Below, in pieces: positions 11,959-24,486 of a stretch of DNA of 64,000 nucleotides. How positions within the stretch are numbered: position 1 is the stretch's first letter; each line of letters starts with the position of its first letter. The notes under the pieces were generated by a model, which did no database searches, had not been told where the DNA came from, and saw nothing but the letters and a program-made list of their open reading frames with translations. A program made the translations under genes and the position numbers. The stretch is taken from positions 129,208,001 to 129,272,000 of the forward strand of contig NC_043001.1 of NCBI RefSeq assembly GCF_006345805.1. Reading direction: 5' to 3'. The DNA is from Octopus sinensis. Lineage: Eukaryota.

Positions 11959-13583
11959 TTAAAGTATCTTCCAGTTAATCCCCTCAAAATATATCCTCTA
12001 ATCTACTTCTACTCTTTCTTCTTCTTCTTCTTCTTCGTCGTCGTTGTCAGTTTAGTGTCCTCTTTTCCTTGTTTGCGTAGATCACACGGAAATTGTTGAA
12101 CCAGATTTTCTACAGCTGGATGCCCTTCCTGTCACCAAACCTCGCTGGTTTCTAAGTAAGGTAATATTTCTCCATGACCAGACATGTTCTCATAAAAAAG
12201 ATTGGCAATGAAAGACACCGCTTGCATGATGGTGACACGCATTTACAACTGTAACATGATGTCCAGGCAAGAAAACAATATCACACACCCGTGCATGCAC
12301 ACACACACACACGCACGCACACACGATGAGCTTCTTTTAGTCTTTGTCTACCAAATCAACTCACAAAGCTTTGGTTGGCCAAGGGCAATAGAAGATAATT
12401 GCTCCAAGTGCCACACTTTGGAACTGAACCCCAAACCATGTGGTTAGAAAGTAAACTTCTTATCATACAACCATGCCTGCACCAATATACAATATATTAT
12501 ATATATATAAATACAAAATGGAATAAGAACGCAAAACATCCAGACAGTTAGGTGATACAAAAAGGGACAACAAAACATCCAGATAGACGATACAAAGAAA
12601 ACAAGGATGGGTCATTCTGAGTTTTCTTTCCTCAGTCAAGCACCAGATTATCTTTGCAATTTCATTTGGTTATACTCGAGATTGCTCCAATCTGGCCAGC
12701 CCTAAGGAAAAACTAAGCTAAGAGCATTAGATTCCTTGGAAGAAAGCAGTGAATGTACACAAAAACAAGGATGGGAAAAAAAAAAACGGAGAATGTTACA
12801 CAAATACAACTAACAGGACATAACAACAGGTGTCTTTTGACTAAGGACGAATTAAGTTAAGCTGGCATGTGTGGAAGTAAAGCCTTATGGCAGGGATACA
12901 AGATTTCACAGGCACAGGGAGGAATACAGATGTTACACGGATGGCGGCCAAACCAAGAAAGACAGGCCAGGCCTGGCCAAACACTGGTCAAATGGGAAGA
13001 GAAGAGAAGAGAGAGAAGTAGAGGTAGAGGGACAGAAGAAATAAGCAGGGACGAGAAGAAATGACAGGGACACAGTGAAGTGAAAAGAGGAGGGAAAGTG
13101 AGCATGAAGTGAAGCAAGAAATATATTAGTTACTTCAGACAACGAAAATATTATTTTCGCTTGATTGTTATCCTTCTCCTTCTGGTGTGATTACACCTCT
13201 CGTTAAAATAAATAATTAATGAAGTCTTTAAATTCAGTTGCTGTTGTATATAAACATATATTTCCAACATTGGTGAAACTACCTTAACCCTTGACAGTGA
13301 ATTCTCTAAATGCTTACTGAATAAAATGATATACAATGGTTTCTACACTTATAATGAAATGGAAGATGAAAATATGTTAAAAATTAATGAAATAATTTTT
13401 GTTCATTATGACATTAGCTGCAAGAAGCCACGAGCGAATACACGCTGTTGTGAAGAAGCAGCTGGCATATACGTCAAGATGTCCAAGACATAAGAGTTTA
13501 ACCCTTTTGTGGCTATATTTCTTATGAAATACACCACTCCATGTGTTTCAATTAATACTAAGTATAATCAAGAGTTTAGAGAT

Positions 13584-13975
13584 ACTCTCTCTTTTACTCT
13601 TTTACTTGTTTCAGTCATTTGACTGTGGCCATGCTGGAGCACCGCCTTTAGTCGAGCAAATCGACCCCAGGACTTATTCTTTGTAAGCCTAGTACTTATT
13701 CTATCGGTCTCTTTTGCCAAACCGCTAAGTTACGGGGATGTAAACACACCACCATCAGTTGTCAAGCGATGTTGGGGAAATGAACAGAAATGCATAAACA
13801 CACACACACGCATATGTATATATACATATATATGACAGGCTTCTTTCAGTTTCCGTCTACCAAATCCACTCACAAGGCTTTGGTCGAAGACACTTGCCCA
13901 AGGTGCCATGCAGTGGGACTGAACCCGGAACAATGTGGTTGATAAACAAGCTACTTACCACACAGCCACTCCTGC
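13584..13975 (-). mobile_element. SINE family A
   Basis: Full-length reverse copy with a small internal deletion. Confidence 0.9.
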
Positions 13976-14187
13976 ATTATTTTGCTAAAGCTACCTGAAT
14001 TTGTAATTATATTCACATAATGTTTTCATTAGATTGACTTTAAAAACAAAAACCACCTCTCTCTCCCCACAACACTCATTCAGCAGGAGAGCAGCATTTT
14101 TTTTCAGCTTGCAAGTTATATGGTGACCTTACTAGTGTTGATGCTATGAGAGAGAGCACTCAGTATACTATATAATGTGCTTGACAT

Positions 14188-14475
14188 TTTTCCATGCTAG
14201 CATGGGTTAGACGGGTCGACTGGGATCTGGGAAGCCAGGAGGCTGCACCAGGCTCCAGTCTGATCTGGCAGTGTTTCTACAGCTGGATGCCCTTCCTAAC
14301 GCCAACCACTCCGTGAGTGTAAAAAGCACCCACTACACTCACGGAGTGGTTGGCGTTAAGAAGGGCATCCAGCTGTAGAAACACTGCCAGATCAGGCTGG
14401 AGCCTGGTGCAGACTCCGGTTGAACCATCTAACCCATGCTAGCATGGAAAACGGACGTCAAACGATGATGATGAT
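14188..14475. mobile_element. Inverted pair of family C SINE 3' ends
   Basis: Arms 14188-14321 and 14334-14451 are separated by a 12-nt loop. Confidence 0.88.
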
Positions 14476-14747
14476 TAGGAAGAGCATCCAAGCATAGAAA
14501 TCATGCTAAAACAGTCCATTGATTGGTCAGAACCTGTTGAACTATCCAACACATGCCAGCATGGAAGTTGGACACTAAATGATAATGATGGCGATGCTGA
14601 CTTTAAAACAAGAGGCTTTATTTTATTGAACCAGTGGTGGTCTCATGTAGGCTGGTAGCATAATGGTTAACAGAGCACATTTTCAACAACAACTTCACTT
14701 AACATAGATTGTACATCTAGTATTTCTCTATGTACATCTATGTACAT

Positions 14748-15174
14748 CTGGGGCTAAAAGCTACAGTAACACCTACCCTTAGTGGTTAGCCATATTGAGA
14801 TGGCTAGTATACTTTACGTTGTCGAGCGGTTACTGTTTACATCTCGTTCAGAGATTTATTATTGCTTGCAGACAGTTTTTCGAAATCAGTGACGGAAGTT
14901 ACTGGGAAAAACCTTATATAGATATTTGCAAACAGGTCCCCTCATCGAAAACCGGTGATTGCCGTACGTTGACAAGAGGCAAATACCTCGAAACTGCAGT
15001 CCGTGCGTATCACTTAGGTTTATGAGAGAGGGATGACCTCCCTTTGCAAATACCATAAGGGCACAGAAAGTGTGCCTAAAGCCAGCTGGAGACGATGATC
15101 TCCTGGGGCTAAAAGCTACAGTAACACCCACCCTTCGTGGTTAGCCATATTGAGATGGCTAGTATACTTTACGT
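14748..15174 (+). mobile_element. Retrozyme-like / Penelope pseudo-LTR-like unit: 355-bp period, 72-bp direct repeats, one hammerhead
   Basis: Direct repeats at 14748-14819 and 15103-15174 (ctggggctaaaagctacagtaacacc...gtatactttacgt) differ by 2 substitutions and enclose the HHR at 14963-15007. Confidence 0.65.
14963..15007 (+). ncRNA. Type I hammerhead ribozyme with two core substitutions
   Basis: Stem I CGTACG/CGTGCG (6 bp); core TTGACAA (consensus CTGACGA); stem II GAGG-caaata-CCTC; GAAA; helix III palindrome ACTGCAGT; GUC cleavage after 15001. Confidence 0.75.
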
Positions 15175-15189
15175 CATCTTATTTATTAT

Positions 15190-15470
15190 ATTTATTATAT
15201 GGCCAGGTTCCAACCTGAGCTGCAGGAACAAAGTGTACGTGCCACACTTCTTGGTCCATCATCACTGCCTCAAGGTCCCGGATACATCTCAGGCCAGTGC
15301 CTGCAATCAAGTTGTCAACGTATGTGTGACAATGTTTTCCTCTTCTTACATGAACATGACATGGGTTCCAGAAGACAAATTTGGATGCTTCTTGTTCAGG
15401 GTGGTGCAAGTAGTGACCAGATAGGCACAGCCATCTTTGCCTGATCTTCTCGCTAACTTTTGGCAGGTCG
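15190..15470 (-). mobile_element. RTE-clade LINE 3' fragment
   Basis: IRQRWLCLSGHYLHHPEQEASKFVFWNP...RRGKHCHTYVDNLIAGTGL...MMDQEVW is a typical RTE post-RT C-terminus. Confidence 0.75.
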
Positions 15471-16290
15471 CCATAAAAGCATTCATTTATCATATGTTGC
15501 TTTCTCATTATAGAGAGAAAAATTGCTGAAAAAGCTCTTGAAAAAGTGTAGAAATACACTTAAAATCTCAGCTAGAATGATAAGGCTTGAAGGGTCATTT
15601 TTGATACATCATTATGGAGAAAGAAAGACTTATGAGTCTCGGGTAAAAAACAACTTAATTTTAAACTTTCTGACCAGATGTTGGGTCATCTTTTCAATTC
15701 TGTATGCATCAAAGAAAACTGCCAATGAAATTACATCAATTTGTACAAATTTAAACAAATTCATAGCAAATAACAACACACATGGACACATAAATAGTGT
15801 GATTCATCCATTTAAAATATGAAAAATAAAAAAATTATCTTTTAAGACTGTATTATATTGTACAAATTTACTTGGTATTTTAGTGAGCCAAAGAGTCTGT
15901 TTAAAAACAAAATGGGATTTATTGTTATTAATTTATTAAAAATAGGGGAAAATTTACTCTAGATTTTATTTATTTATTTATTTACATTATTCACCATAGT
16001 TTAAATTTTTGCTTCTTTTTTTTATAGTTTTGTTAAAAAATTTATTAAGAAAAATTAATATTTTTATATAGAAATTTTATCAAAAAATATTTCTTTTTAT
16101 ATTTTTTTCAAAATTATTTCCATTAATTTCCTTTTCACTTATTATTTTTGCTTACTCTTTGCTTTTTTTCTTTATATAATTTTTACAATATTTTTAATGT
16201 AATGATAATAGTTTTTTTTATATTCATTTAAAAAATTAAAAATTCAAGTGTAACACACACACACACATATACACACACATATGTGCATAT

Positions 16291-16403
<113 letters not shown>

Positions 16404-16812
16404 ATATATATATATATGTATATATATATATACATATATGTGTGTATGTATGTATAAATGTTAAAATTCTTCTATAGAGGGATATACACACAAACAATGA
16501 GTGAAATGATACAACACCATAAAATAAATAAATAAATAAACAGGGCAAAACAAAAGCTTAGCTAACAAAACAACCAAAGAAACTTTGTTGTAAAGATATT
16601 TTAGTCATGAGTCAATTTAAAATCACAAACAAAACAACTTTTTTATTAATCACTTTTATGGTGATTATATTTATTTGGTATTTATCATCAATTTAACTGA
16701 ATACTGAACACTAGTAACGGAGCAGTAGATGAAGTAGGACAGAAGACAAGGAAATGATAATGTAGGAATGGAGCAGAAGGATGATGCAATAAACAGTGAG
16801 GGAGTGAGCAAT

Positions 16813-16850
<38 letters not shown>

Positions 16851-17000
16851 ACAAATAAATATGGCCACTTATACACATTTGTATGTGTGTGTGTATGTAT
16901 ATATATATATATACATATATACACATATATATATACATATATATATATGCATACATATATATATAAACATACACATATATATATTATATATATATATGTG

Positions 17001-17115
<115 letters not shown>

Positions 17116-20100
17116 TACAGATTCATCATTATTGTCATTATTTTGTGTCCACTTTTCCATGCTCGCTTTTTATTTATCTGTGTGTGTGTGTGAGTGTGTG
17201 TATGTGTGTGTGTATATATCTGAAAGAGAGAGAGGGAGAGAGAGAATAAAAGAAAGATGTTAGTAGAATAGAGTAAGAGAGAAGGGAAATAAATTGTGGC
17301 TAAAAGAGAACAGGAAAGGGATTATAAAAGAAGAAGAAGAAGAGAATAAGAATAAGAACAGCCACAACAACAACAACAATGACAACAACGACAACAAAAT
17401 CGTGGAAGTGGGCGGGGTCCCATTTGAGAAGTCATTAAACAAACTATGGAAATTTTAAAAGATGCACATACACAAACATGTATATACAATCATATATACA
17501 CATTTGGAGAAACATGTAAATACAGCTGTATACACAAGTTACAATGAGTTTTCTTTCTGTATTTTATACACACGCACACACACATATATATATATATATA
17601 TATGTATATAGCTTTTTATTTTAGTACTTTATTTAGGTGGTTTTCAGAAGCAATTATACTGGTTATAAATCTTAACTAATTTCACAAGTTGTTAATCACC
17701 ATCTCAAATTTACAAGGGCAAATAACTAAATAGACACAAACATCCCATATATATATATATATATATATACACTCACTCATATATATATATATATATACAT
17801 ATATAAATTCATACATATAATACTTTACTGTAATACAAGACTTTGAAAGAACGTCACCAGCAAATTATAGCAGAAGAAACAAAAAGACATTACATTGAAA
17901 AGACAAAGCCAGACACCCAGAGAAATGTGTGTGTGTGTATGTATGTGTGTGTGTGTGTGTGTGCATGTGTGTGTGTGTGTGTATGCATTCTTGTAAATAC
18001 GTGCACATATTCACACACGCTCACAACAAACTTATAAAATTGCGATCACACTCAAATATACATTAGGAATAAAAGAAATAAACACTCACTGACAGAACCC
18101 AACCAAAATCACATGAAACCAACCACACAAACTCTTAATATGAAACACACACAACACAAGCATTCTCCATAAACACACACATATCAATGCTCTCATACAT
18201 TGTCCTCAAACGTACAAACATACATTTAACCTTACATCCTTTACGCTCATACATATCCACACAACCATACACTCTCTCCATCTATATCTATATATACACA
18301 CATAAACTGTGCATTCTATCTCTGCACATAAACACGCAAATCCAAATATAACCATACATTTCGTCCACTCAAACATATATACAAATAACTATGTGTCCAT
18401 CCCTTCCATACAATTTCATACACATACACACGCGTACACATAAGAAGCCACATAAACTCACCATCTAAATAAACATATATGTACAACTCTATACAAATGT
18501 ATGTGTGCAATAGTAAAACAGAAACAACATATGACCACACACACAGATGGATACACATACATGCACATACATACCAAGTGACATACACACACAGATGGAT
18601 ACACATACATGCACATACATACCAAGTGACAACAAATACATGCAAAACACAGCCAACACCACCAACACCGCTATCATCATTTTCCTCACCATCACCACCA
18701 CTACAATCACCACTGTCAACAACAAAATAAAAAACAATGAAAAATACAAACATAACAAACATAATTGAAATATGACTAAACTCTAATGGTCATTTTTGTT
18801 TATATTTTTAAGCTGTTGTTTTTTTTTTCTTCAATTTTTAAATCTCCACTCCACTCCCTCCCTGCCCACCTCAGATTGGTTATGCAATTTTAATTAGTTA
18901 TTCGTCACAAGACGTTTTAATCAAGTATTAATGTAAAGTTAATTCAAATATCTTTATACATCAACCATTCCAAGTAAACTGACCAGAACAAAAAAAATCA
19001 AACACATAAAATAATTAAATAAGTATATAAATAAATTAAAACAGTCTACAAAACAATAAACAACTTGTGACCATATTTTACAACATTTTGGTAATTTTTC
19101 TATGATGTCACATGATCATTTTAGCAGCTATGCTAATAAAATAAAATAAAATAAAATAAAATAAAATAAATGGATGTCAGTCAAAATGTCCAACTATGAG
19201 TTTTCAGTTGAGCAAGTGAGCTAACTGTCAAGCTTATTGAATCAAAGTGGTTGAGTATTTCATAGACATGTGTACCCTTAACATAGTCCTTAGGCGAAAT
19301 CAGTATGGTACTGTGTGTGACAAGGTTGGGCCTTTGAATTACAGGACATCTCCTGAAAGGAGCCCTCCATACAGTTTCTGTGAACCAGTTCCCTCACAAA
19401 GCATGGTCTAGTCTAAGGTTATGATAAAAGTCATATGCCCAAGATGTCCCACAATGGGATTGAACCTGGAGTGCTGTAACTGAAAAAGTTTCGTAAACAT
19501 TCAATCATACTGGGTCTACAGCAATATGTAGTACAGTCACATTAATTCTAAACATCTTTCAACAATCCTTAAAAACCTTAGTAACAACTGTAGGTAGATA
19601 TATATTGTATCCACTTGTTTTCATGGGACAGTAATCATTATTTAAGAGTACATATTTCTTATATAACAGCTAAACTGTAATTATTTACTCAATGTTAATG
19701 TAAATTTTAGAAATGTAGCCAAAAATATATGAAAATATCCTCATTCAGTTGCTGTACTGGTACCAGTAATTAAGTCAAAGTACTTGCTGTTCAGGCATTT
19801 AAACTAGTTTTAAAAACATAATTGAACACTGGGTTACTAAACAGGAGAAAACAGTATTGATTCTGTAAAAATGTTTAATTTATTAAAATGCCTGCTCAGA
19901 GAATACACCCAAGGAATAATGCTTTCTAATTTCTAAACTGGTGAGAGTAGAAATAATCCTCTATAAAAAAAAAAAACTCAAGATGTTTTGTAAATATATT
20001 CTATCAGAAAAAGTTGACCAAATAAAACTAGAATATATTGAAAGAAAAATCAGCCACAGGTTGTTTTACTATAATTAGTTGATGGTTGTTGCTATTATTT

Positions 20101-20670
20101 TTTAGCTCTAGATTAGCTCCAATCAAGCAGAACAAATGATCAAAAGACCTCTAGCCAAGATAGATCTGCAGTGTATTATCCAATGTGTCCTTCCATTTTT
20201 TTTAAAGGTAGTGGGATATAATTTCTGAAAGAATGGATTATTTCTAAGAGGTGAAGTATCAAGGTACAAGTTCCTTTATTAGGTTGATAATTAATTAACT
20301 TGAGATCATAGAAGGGAAGAAAGAAGACTGAACATTAAGGAAGACAAAACCTCAAGTCTTTTGAGGACCACCCGATGTAGTGTACTGCTGCATTTGCAGC
20401 AAACCACATTTCAGTAAGTTTCTTTTCTAAATGCAGCAGTATTTGCACAGTAACTCAATTTTCTATCTTCCATCACTTATTAAGATTAGGAAGCAGTTTA
20501 ATAAAAGACATCAATTATTAAGGTAAGTGCCACATGACTTACCAATCTAGAAATAATGAGTGAGAGTGAATAAACTTTTGCATGGCCTTACTAATACTTC
20601 AATATGAGGGAGTACTTCTGAATGATGTAATGACTTCGATGAAATGTAAATAAGTATTATAGAATAAAAA

Positions 20671-21004
20671 TGGGTAAAGATCTCCTTCAGCCATGAATGA
20701 CCATGGGATTGCACCTACAAAAGTTCCCCCCAGAGGCACAAGTCTAGACAAGGTTGTTTATGAAAGACCAGCAGTTGCCCGTGCATACAAGCCTCCCCTC
20801 TCCATGCCACCAATGTTATCCAAGGGAAAGGCAAAGGCCAATACAGCTGGGCACCAGTGATGTCACAACTCATTTCTACAGCTGAATGAACTGGAGCAAC
20901 AAGAATCGTGCTTAAGAACACAGCACACAGCCCAGTCCAGGAATCGAACTCACTGCCTAATGATTGTGAGCCTTATGCTCTAACCACTTAGCCATGCACC
21001 TCCA
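20671..21004 (-). mobile_element. tRNA-derived SINE family E
   Basis: Reverse complement of 30971-31302. Confidence 0.85.
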
Positions 21005-21904
21005 CATAAGTATTGTAAGTATTATAAACGGAAACTTAAATGTTAATGTTGGTTATTTAAAGCAAATAAACTAACCCTCAAATTCCTGAGACTTTTATAG
21101 CATAAAGTTAGTTTCTATTGTCAACAGCTAGAGTGAATAAACACTGCAAAAGAAAAGCACTTTAGGCAAAAAACTGAAGAACATGCTTGCAAGAGTTGAA
21201 CAAGTTTTCACAATTTAGTTCAAGAACTGACTTGAACTATGAGGATCTGTCCAATTTTTGCAAGTATGGAAAGTGGACCCAAAATGACGATGATGATGAT
21301 GATGATGATCTTTGCAAAGGATTGATTTCTTTAGCATTGACTAGCTATCATGTCATATTTTTCATGAACCTAAATAGTTATTTACATAACAGAAATGAGC
21401 CATCATATTTCTTAGTCTAAAAACCAACTTAATTTTATGTAATCATGACAAGTAAATTGCTTTTCAGTTGGTAATGAGTCTTAATGGAAATGAAAGATAT
21501 ATATTTAATTAAACGTTGCAAGCTGGTTTGGTATATTATTATCCATTAAAATTTTTTTTATATAAAAATAAATACTAAGGAATCAGACAGCTTGACAACT
21601 GGAGAGTTTGTTAACCAATATGATATTGAGTTATTCATATTCTGTAATGGTATGTTGATTAGTACAAGAGACAGCGTAATATATTTCTTATGCGAAAAGA
21701 ATAGGAAAGTTTAACTGAACTTTTAGCAACAAACATAAAGATATTAATGTCAATGTATTTGTAAGGATATAGGTGAACATAAAAATAGCGTTGAATTTGT
21801 ATTGTTTTTTTATAGCTTAAGAAGAAGAGTTTAACTCTTCTTAAGCTATAATGCTGTAATGCTTTCTCTCCCACCCCTCTCTCTCTCAATATATATATAT
21901 ATAT

Positions 21905-22215
21905 AAATGGATGAATGAATTATCCTTTGTTTACAGTTAACATGGAAAATTCAATAAACAGTTACCAGGGTAGCAAAATTCACGCAAGTAACAAGGATGT
22001 AGCAACCAATTCAAAGGTAGAAACTCTGAGTTAATGTGCAGTAATTTGTATAGTATGAGTAAATAAATGGAGTTGAACGCACATGTTATTGAAATTCTTT
22101 TAATTTCGACATTTGTTTCGAAGACAACATTGGTTTTATTCCAAAGGAATAAACGGTGTAAAATAATGTAATCTTCTCTTCAGGAAAGAAAGAGAACCCA
22201 TCTCAACAACAAGAT
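21905..22215 (-). mobile_element. Short hammerhead-bearing repeat ending in (TA)n; same family as 54660-54913
   Basis: Shares atgaattatc, tacc(a/t)gggtagcaaa(a)ttcacg, atggagttgaacg and cttcgaaaca-atg motifs with 54660-54913. Confidence 0.6.
22104..22187 (-). ncRNA. Type I hammerhead ribozyme, canonical core, long branched stem II
   Basis: Minus strand: TTTC, CTGAAGA, GAAGAT...[TTTATTCC TTT GGAATAAA]...GTCTTC, GAAA, CA-AA-TG, TC^GAAA. GUC cleavage lies between 22108 and 22107. Confidence 0.78.
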
Positions 22216-22687
22216 ATTATAACAATTTTGATGACTGCATAAATGATAAACAGAACGCTATTAAGTATTTTAAAAGATAACTGTTAGTAGATCTGACATC
22301 GAAAGTAGACCATAGAAAGAGAAGGGGTAAAAAAATAATAAGTAGAGAACAAATAAAGGAGAAATATAGAGGGATATGTTGGTTGAAAAAAATGTTCAAA
22401 GGCTTGGAAGTAGACTTCTCTATTGAAGTAAAGTGCAAGGTGAACTAAATGTTCAAACTATACAGACTGGTATAAATCACTTATATGAGCTAAAGGTGTG
22501 TTTCTGCCAGTGCTTACATTCGTAAGATCACTCTATGTGTTAACAAGGTGATTCTTAGAGAAGAGAATATGGAAGAGTTCAGAGTTGCAAATGTTACAGA
22601 ATCCTTTGACCTTGTCATGAGGGAAAGAGATGGACAGGATGAACCAATCTAACTTAAAATCCTTATTGTTGTCTTTAAGATACCAAA

Positions 22688-22725
<38 letters not shown>

Positions 22726-23339
22726 TTAGCCCTGTTACAATTTACAAATTCGAGATTTTGATGAAATTCAATTAGTTCAGTATAAAAATGATAAAACATT
22801 TCTATTACATGAAAATGGAAGAAATTTGTTGAATTGATACAATGATTGTTTGTGTCCATTGTGAATGTCATTTTTACTAGTTGTTGAGTTTTATTTTGCC
22901 ATGTCACTTTTCTTTGCCAAGGTAGATTGAACAGAGTTAAACAAGGTATTTTATTTACATACGACATATTACAGAATAAATGTTATGAGACTACATAATT
23001 TTCATTACCAGCCGTCTCTTCAGGCATCATGAACAGATGGCTAGTATCAAGTATATTATGTAATGAAAATTATGTTATCTCACATCATAATATGTAATAC
23101 ATTGTATACAAATTGCCATGCTACTGAGATGCATGTAGCATGAATTGAATAAATGATTATTTATTTGTTTTCATTTACCATATTTTTACACCACATGACA
23201 TGTGCTGCAAGTGTTGCTTTGCAAATTGGATTTACAGGGTACCTAATATCATATAACAAGTTAAAATTGTGCCACTTGCACTACTAACTGTGAATCTTCA
23301 TCATCATCAGCATTTAGCATCCAGTTCTATATTTAAAAT

Positions 23340-23492
23340 ATGAGGAATTATGTACATTATTTACATTTGATGGATATTTCGCCTCATCTTGTTTGTTGTT
23401 ACCACAACGTTTCAGCTGATCCCTTCAGCCTTCATCAGGTATCTTGGGGAAATTTTGAACCTGGGTTCTGATTCCTAAGGTATTTTACGATG

Positions 23493-23557
<65 letters not shown>

Positions 23558-23632
23558 CTCACGGCTTGGAGTCGAACTCAGAATCTTGGGAATCTAAACC
23601 CCGAGATTCCAAGTTCGATTCCAAGCAGTGAG

Positions 23633-23674
<42 letters not shown>

Positions 23675-23698
23675 TAATAATAAAAATAATAATAATAA
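23340..23698 (-). mobile_element. Composite element: tRNA-type B-box + (TAA)n + hammerhead tail, with inverted 5' end
   Basis: The hairpin at 23553-23637 has GTTCGA(C/T)TCC B-boxes on both arms and is flanked by (TTA)n and (TAA)n. The HHR lies downstream on the minus strand. Confidence 0.6.
23401..23442 (-). ncRNA. Minimal type I hammerhead ribozyme (Penelope type)
   Basis: Minus strand: TAC CTGATGA A GGCTG aagggat CAGCT GAAACGTT GTG. Helix III palindrome is AACGTT, with an extra A after A9. Confidence 0.72.
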
Positions 23699-23710
23699 TG
23701 ATGTGTGTGT

Positions 23711-23784
23711 GAAACTGATAAATGTTGCCGATGCATGTGTGTGTGAGCTCACACACATGCATATCGGCAACATTCGTCAGTTTC
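23711..23784. repeat. Near-perfect 74-bp palindrome centred on GAGCTC
   Basis: gaaactgataaatgttgccgatgcatgtgtgtgt-gagctc-acacacatgcatatcggcaacattcgtcagtttc. Confidence 0.8.
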
Positions 23785-23982
23785 TGAAAAATGGGGTCAT
23801 AACTCCGAAATATTGAATGCAAGGTAAGTCTACATTAATTCATATATTTGTTTTCTTGGGATTTGCCTTGCATTTATTTCACATTGTTCTGGCTTTACCC
23901 ATGACCCTTTATACAATATATTCTACACAATGCTTCATAGTAATTATTCCATTATATATATACATATGTGTACACACACACA

Positions 23983-24020
<38 letters not shown>

Positions 24021-24451
24021 AGTTGTGCTTGTCCACCAAATGGTTTAATCTGAGACTGTGGTTTGAAACTAAAGCAGTTACAGTATAGAAGACTCATTTC
24101 AGGTTTTCAAAAGTGCACAAAGCCATGAACCTTACTTGATACCAAAATTTTCATTGCACTATTTACAATCTAGTCTCTGACATGATGGAATTACAGTGGA
24201 ACTGTGTCATTTAAACAGGTTGCAGATAGTCTAAAATGAATCCTCCATGCCGCAAGAGTGATAAAGTGCCTCTCTAATGTCTAAAACCTCAAACACTATG
24301 TAAATTTTCACTTTAAAATTTTGCATAAACTGGTGTTGCAAATAGAGTTTGTACAGAAACAATTATAACAAATCATTAATGATGTATTAAAGAATTTTTC
24401 TTTGTTTTCTTCTTATGTGTATACATATATATGGATCTTTCCTTTTCCTAT

Positions 24452-24486
24452 GTTTCTGATGAAGAGCTCTGCTCGAAACGTAAAAC
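24452..24486 (+). ncRNA. Minimal type I hammerhead ribozyme, intact core
   Basis: GTTT CTGATGA A GAGC tct GCTC GAA ACGT A^AAAC; GUA cleavage after 24482. Confidence 0.78.

Noticed and set aside
15085-15174. HDV-like ribozyme suggested by GGGGCTAA near an RTE fragment
   Set aside because: I could not build the P1/P2/P3 nested pseudoknot on either strand.
15690-15730. Minus-strand FSLMHTELKR resembling human FUZ LLLLHLELKRC
   Set aside because: It is followed by a stop, and the acceptor phase is incompatible with the preceding phase-2 exon.
21811-21850. Short palindrome (another at 45978-46014)
   Set aside because: Small AT-rich hairpins are common by-products of repair or slippage, and nothing else supports a function.
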